Shown here: one piece after another, positions 60,181-64,000 of the stretch
Numbering within the stretch: the first letter of the stretch is position 1
How the letters are laid out: every line of letters begins with the position of its first letter
DNA from: Parachlamydiales bacterium
GTDB lineage: Bacteria; Chlamydiota; Chlamydiia; Chlamydiales; SM23-39
Length of the DNA stretch: 64,000 nt
Reading direction: 5' to 3'
Assembly (NCBI GenBank): GCA_016931275.1
Contig: JAFGFA010000018.1
Coordinates: 6,492 to 70,491 of the forward strand
Made by a program: the position numbers and the translations under genes
The notes under the pieces: model-generated
What the model saw: only the letters and a program-made list of their open reading frames with translations
The model's database searches: none
Told to the model about the DNA's origin: nothing

Positions 60181-60921
60181 TTATAAAGACATCAGATAAA
60201 GAAGAATCGATCCGGCGGCGGCAACATTAAGAGATTCGATATGTGCAATGGGAATAGTAATTGGTGTGGCAATTTTTTGTGCCCATTTCCGAGTTCCACT
60301 CGATTCATGGCTAAGAATGAGAAAATAAGGGGGAGAAAAGACTTTTATGGTCTCTATGCTTGTTCCTTTTAGATCGGCTAAAAATCCTTGAAAAGATTTT
60401 TTCTGTATCCATGCGATAATGGCTGGTTCTTCCATAAAAAACAGGGGTAAATGAAAGGTAGCTCCTTTGGCCGCTCTTAGGGCTTTATCGTTAAAAGGGT
60501 CGACTGTTTTTGGGGGAAGTATGACTCCATCCCAGCCAAAAGCAAGAGCGCTGCGAAGAAGGGTTCCTAAATTTCCCGGATCTGTCAAGTTATCAATAAT
60601 AAGCAGTTTCTCTTTTTTTTCTAAAGAAGAGGTGGCAGGAAAATCGACAAGAGCGGCATAGCCATCGGGAGCCTGAACCCCAGTGATTTTATGCAAGACT
60701 TCCTCTGAGACTATATACGTTGTCGAAGCGATTTTTTCATGTTTTGCATAGGCTTTTTCGGACAGAAACAGGATTTTTATCCGGGGAAAAAGATCTTGGA
60801 TCATTTTTTGTCCCGAAATCAAAAGCTCTTTTTTTTCATACCGGTATTTTTTTTGAGTGCGTAGCTTAAAAATTTCTTTTACAATCGGATGTTGTAAACT
60901 GGTGATCTTTTTTGGTACCAT
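60181..60921 (-). CDS. SpoU/TrmH family RNA methyltransferase
   Basis: ITSLQHP, DPGNLGTLLRSA, KALRAAKGA, HESSG, ESLNVAAAGSILLY. Start taken at MVPKK. Confidence 0.9.
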   Translation of the reverse strand: MVPKKITSLQHPIVKEIFKLRTQKKYRYEKKELLISGQKMIQDLFPRIKILFLSEKAYAKHEKIASTTYIVSEEVLHKITGVQAPDGYAALVDFPATSSLEKKEKLLIIDNLTDPGNLGTLLRSALAFGWDGVILPPKTVDPFNDKALRAAKGATFHLPLFFMEEPAIIAWIQKKSFQGFLADLKGTSIETIKVFSPPYFLILSHESSGTRKWAQKIATPITIPIAHIESLNVAAAGSILLYLMSL

Positions 60922-60953
60922 GCGCTTAAGGGGATTGGAGGGAGTTGTATCGT

Positions 60954-62678
60954 ATGAAATTAAAAGGCAAAACGACAATACGGAAAATAAGAGGAACGAT
61001 TGCTTTGCGGGTATTTTGGGTCATATTCATATTAATCCTCATGCCTCTGTTTATCTTCTATATACTAGAATATCACAGAGAATACCATACGAAAAAAGCA
61101 GATTTTTTTAAAACGTTACAAATATTAGGGGAAAGTCGAAAGGATAGTATTGTTGCCCATATGAAGCGACAGATCTATTATTTTTTACGCCTGGCGCCGA
61201 CCCAGCCTCTGCCGGAAATTCAGAGAATATTTGATTTTGTAGAAGCCTCAAAATTGACAAAACAAAACAATCGGCTGATTTGCACGGATTCTTCGAATCC
61301 TGATAATATTGGTAAAGATTATTCGGAATTTTTGCCGGCCTTTGCCCATCATCGTTACCACATCATTTATGGTCCTTATCTCTATCTAACGCAAGTTTTG
61401 TCCGATGATACTCTTTTGATCGGAAGTAACAATCTTTCGGAGTTCCTTGGAACCGTGGATGCGATGTACCCAATAGATATGTCCCTGTTCTCTAAAGGAA
61501 AAATTTTTATTTCTTCTAACGCCTCTTATATAGGAACTAAGATTCATCTGACCCCGGCAAAAGGGATCTCCGATGGTTATGTTTTTAACGGACAAAATAT
61601 GGCAGCGGTTATTCCGATGAAAGATTTGGGGATTTCGCTTTTGGTAGATATTGAAGAAGAATACATCAAAAGCCTTCATTGGCAATATTATTTTCTTCGA
61701 TTGCTCAAGATGTTTTTATTTATCACAATCATTGGTGGCGGCAGCGCTTGGATTTTGATCCGTAAATTGAGCGCACCTCTAAAGAATCTTTTGAATGTGA
61801 TGGATCGTGTAAAAGAGGGAGATGTTTCTCAATGTTATGTTCCTGCAGTTATGGGATATGAGATTAACATGTTAGGGACTTCCTTTAATGAGATGATTCA
61901 ATCGGTGCTAAAACATCAAAAGATTGCGGAACAAGAACGCGTTGCTAAAGAAAAATTGGCTCAAGAGCTTAAAATAGGCCACGATATTCAAATGAGCCTT
62001 TTTCCTTCTGCAATGCCTCACATAAAAGGATTGGATATTACTTCGGGGTATGTGCCTGCAAAAGAAGTCGGAGGCGATTTTTATGATATTTTTTACTATA
62101 ATGATCGGGTGTATTTCATCATTGCCGATGTGTGCGGCAAGGGAATTTCTGCCTGTTTGTATGCCTTAGGGGTGAGAAGCCTTTTTCGATCTTTTTTTAT
62201 CCTAGGAAAGCCGATTTCCGAGGTCGTTTCCCATGTCAACGAGGTGTTCTTTCGGGATGTGGAAGCTTCTTTAACGTTTGTGACTGCCTGGGTGGGAGAG
62301 TTGCATCTCGACACGAAAGAACTTACGTATTGTTCTCTGGGACATTTTCCGGCTCTTTTGCGTCAAAAAGGGGGAGAGATTCAGGAGTTGCAAACAGATG
62401 GGATTGCCATCGGTGTTTCTGAATCTATTGAAGTCTTTGAAAAGAAAATAACGTTGCAGAGAGAGGATATTCTTCTTCTCTATACAGACGGGATCATTGA
62501 AGCGCATGATCGGGACCATCATGGCTATGGCATAGAAAAATTAAAAACCTTTCTGCAGAAAATAGTACAGTTACCTTCGAAGGAGATGGTTTCCCTTTTA
62601 TTACAGGATGTAAAAGCATTTTCCGTTTTGGAAGAACAGGCAGATGATATGACGGCGGTGATTATCCGTCTTTTATAG
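60954..62678 (+). CDS. rsbU: Membrane sensor + HAMP + PP2C (SpoIIE) phosphatase, RsbU-like
   Basis: Two TMs flanking a periplasmic domain, HAMP (EINMLGTSFNEM), EVGGDFYD, IADVCGKG, YTDGIIEA, QADDMT. Confidence 0.88.
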   Translation: MKLKGKTTIRKIRGTIALRVFWVIFILILMPLFIFYILEYHREYHTKKADFFKTLQILGESRKDSIVAHMKRQIYYFLRLAPTQPLPEIQRIFDFVEASKLTKQNNRLICTDSSNPDNIGKDYSEFLPAFAHHRYHIIYGPYLYLTQVLSDDTLLIGSNNLSEFLGTVDAMYPIDMSLFSKGKIFISSNASYIGTKIHLTPAKGISDGYVFNGQNMAAVIPMKDLGISLLVDIEEEYIKSLHWQYYFLRLLKMFLFITIIGGGSAWILIRKLSAPLKNLLNVMDRVKEGDVSQCYVPAVMGYEINMLGTSFNEMIQSVLKHQKIAEQERVAKEKLAQELKIGHDIQMSLFPSAMPHIKGLDITSGYVPAKEVGGDFYDIFYYNDRVYFIIADVCGKGISACLYALGVRSLFRSFFILGKPISEVVSHVNEVFFRDVEASLTFVTAWVGELHLDTKELTYCSLGHFPALLRQKGGEIQELQTDGIAIGVSESIEVFEKKITLQREDILLLYTDGIIEAHDRDHHGYGIEKLKTFLQKIVQLPSKEMVSLLLQDVKAFSVLEEQADDMTAVIIRLL

Positions 62679-63870
62679 GCCATAATTTGGTGGTCTGCAA
62701 AAGAATCAGTACCTTTTCAGGATCACATAATTTTTTTTCAATAGAGATTTTTTCAGCTTCTCTTAATAGTTCTCCCATGATTTTTCCGGGAAGAATATGT
62801 AGCTTTTGTAACGTAGAAGCAGTAATTAAAGGGGTTTTTTCTTGAATTCTTTGAATATAAGGAAGCAGCTCATTATATTTTTGACGGTGGCTGTGCATAA
62901 AAGAATCAGGATGATCGCGATGAGCGGCTATGATTTTTAAAGACGTCCATGCGCGATTATCCGCATAATAATGAGCCCATTCCCAATCAGATCCTCTGTC
63001 GATCAGCCCTTTTCCTTTTTCTAAAAATTGCAGAAAAAGAATTTCTTTTTTGGGCAATTTTAAGTATAGAGCCAAATCGATCTGTTCCGATAACGAAGCG
63101 TTCGGAAAAAGAGGGAGGAGAAAAGCGATAAGGGGGGCTTTTTGAGGATAGAGATCAAGGGGAGTCAGTAGAAGGCTTAATTCTTGTTGGGAGTATTGTG
63201 GCAAAGAAGAAAAGAGGATGGGTAAAATTCTTAGTTCCTGTAACAAGAGAAGTCCCGTTCGAAGATCGTCCATTTTGTAGAGTTCTTGAACGACCCTTTC
63301 TATGGCTACGGAAGGGAAAAGAGAAGGAGCATGACGGACGATCGCCTCTTTGGTTTTTTTCTCTATGGAAAAATGAAAACGATTGGCCAGACGTGCGGCT
63401 CGCACAAGACGTAATCTATCTTCTTCCAATCGTTGATCGGGATCTCCTATGGCGCGGATGAGCTTTTGGTTGAGATCAATTTGTCCTTGAACATAATCAA
63501 TTACCTTTTCCTCTATAGGATCAAAAAACATGCCATTAATGGTAAAATCTCGCCGTTTTGCATCCTCTTGGGGAGAGGTGAATTCTACGGAACTCGGATG
63601 CCTGCCGTCCATATAGCGCCCTTCTTTGCGAAAAGTGGCCACTTCAAAGGAAAGACCGTTTTGTATTACTATTACGATCCCAAAATGGATACCGACAGGG
63701 ATCGTTTTGGGAAAAAGTTTCTGGACGACTTCTGGAGAAGCATTGGTAGCTATATCGATATCTTCTGAAGGGATATGTAATAACCGATCGCGAACATATC
63801 CTCCGGCAAAGTAGGCAATATATCCAGCATTGTGCAATACAAGGACAATTTTTTTTGCTATATCATACAT
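62662..63870 (-). CDS. cca: Class II tRNA nucleotidyltransferase (CCA-adding enzyme / poly(A) polymerase family)
   Basis: AGGYVRD, DIDIAT, EVATFR, DGRHP, RRDFTING, EDRLR. Converges on rsbU with a 17-bp overlap. Confidence 0.88.
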   Translation of the reverse strand: MYDIAKKIVLVLHNAGYIAYFAGGYVRDRLLHIPSEDIDIATNASPEVVQKLFPKTIPVGIHFGIVIVIQNGLSFEVATFRKEGRYMDGRHPSSVEFTSPQEDAKRRDFTINGMFFDPIEEKVIDYVQGQIDLNQKLIRAIGDPDQRLEEDRLRLVRAARLANRFHFSIEKKTKEAIVRHAPSLFPSVAIERVVQELYKMDDLRTGLLLLQELRILPILFSSLPQYSQQELSLLLTPLDLYPQKAPLIAFLLPLFPNASLSEQIDLALYLKLPKKEILFLQFLEKGKGLIDRGSDWEWAHYYADNRAWTSLKIIAAHRDHPDSFMHSHRQKYNELLPYIQRIQEKTPLITASTLQKLHILPGKIMGELLREAEKISIEKKLCDPEKVLILLQTTKLWPIKDG

Positions 63871-63940
63871 TTGCCAAGAACCGGACTGTTTATTATATTA
63901 TTTAAACGATAAAGGAGCACTGTTTTTTAGAAAAGGTATA

Positions 63941-64000
63941 ATGAGATCCAAAATACATATTCTTGATGAGTCGTTAATTAATAAAATTGCAGCCGGAGAG
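63941..64000 (+). CDS. mutL: DNA mismatch repair protein MutL (5' fragment, runs off window)
   Basis: MRSKIHILDESLINKIAAGE matches the MutL N-terminal signature; RBS AAAGG. Confidence 0.88.
   Translation, partial: MRSKIHILDESLINKIAAGE

Overview
AT-rich bacterial chromosome segment with clear Chlamydiota hallmarks (TopA-SWIB fusion, 714-aa GreA, double-length ThyX, MOMP-like porin, the yggT-dus / MORN-ygfA gene block). Glucokinase, Trk and a PutA-like gene point to an environmental (non-Chlamydiaceae) lineage. About 40 CDS, one tRNA-Arg(ACG), and partial glk and mutL at the window edges. Most notable: (1) a translationally coupled two-partner secretion pair: tpsB plus a 5055-aa tpsA built of about 21 A-type and 3 B-type beta-repeat modules, with an N-proximal block resembling cyanobacterial filamentous haemagglutinins; (2) an intact 1203-aa PutA homologue whose catalytic motifs are replaced in both domains (candidate pseudoenzyme), near a GH18 protein and an isochorismatase-like protein that also have non-canonical active sites; (3) a ~233-bp non-coding IS200/IS605-type element with both ends, a TTTAT target and a possible omega/reRNA-like 3' part, inserted just downstream of tRNA-Arg; (4) a GT9-GT4-ManC-Wzy glycan cluster plus a YjbH-like barrel, suggesting a polymerised surface glycan; (5) cryptic GspL/GspM-like genes. 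All calls come from reading motifs by eye; no database searches were run.
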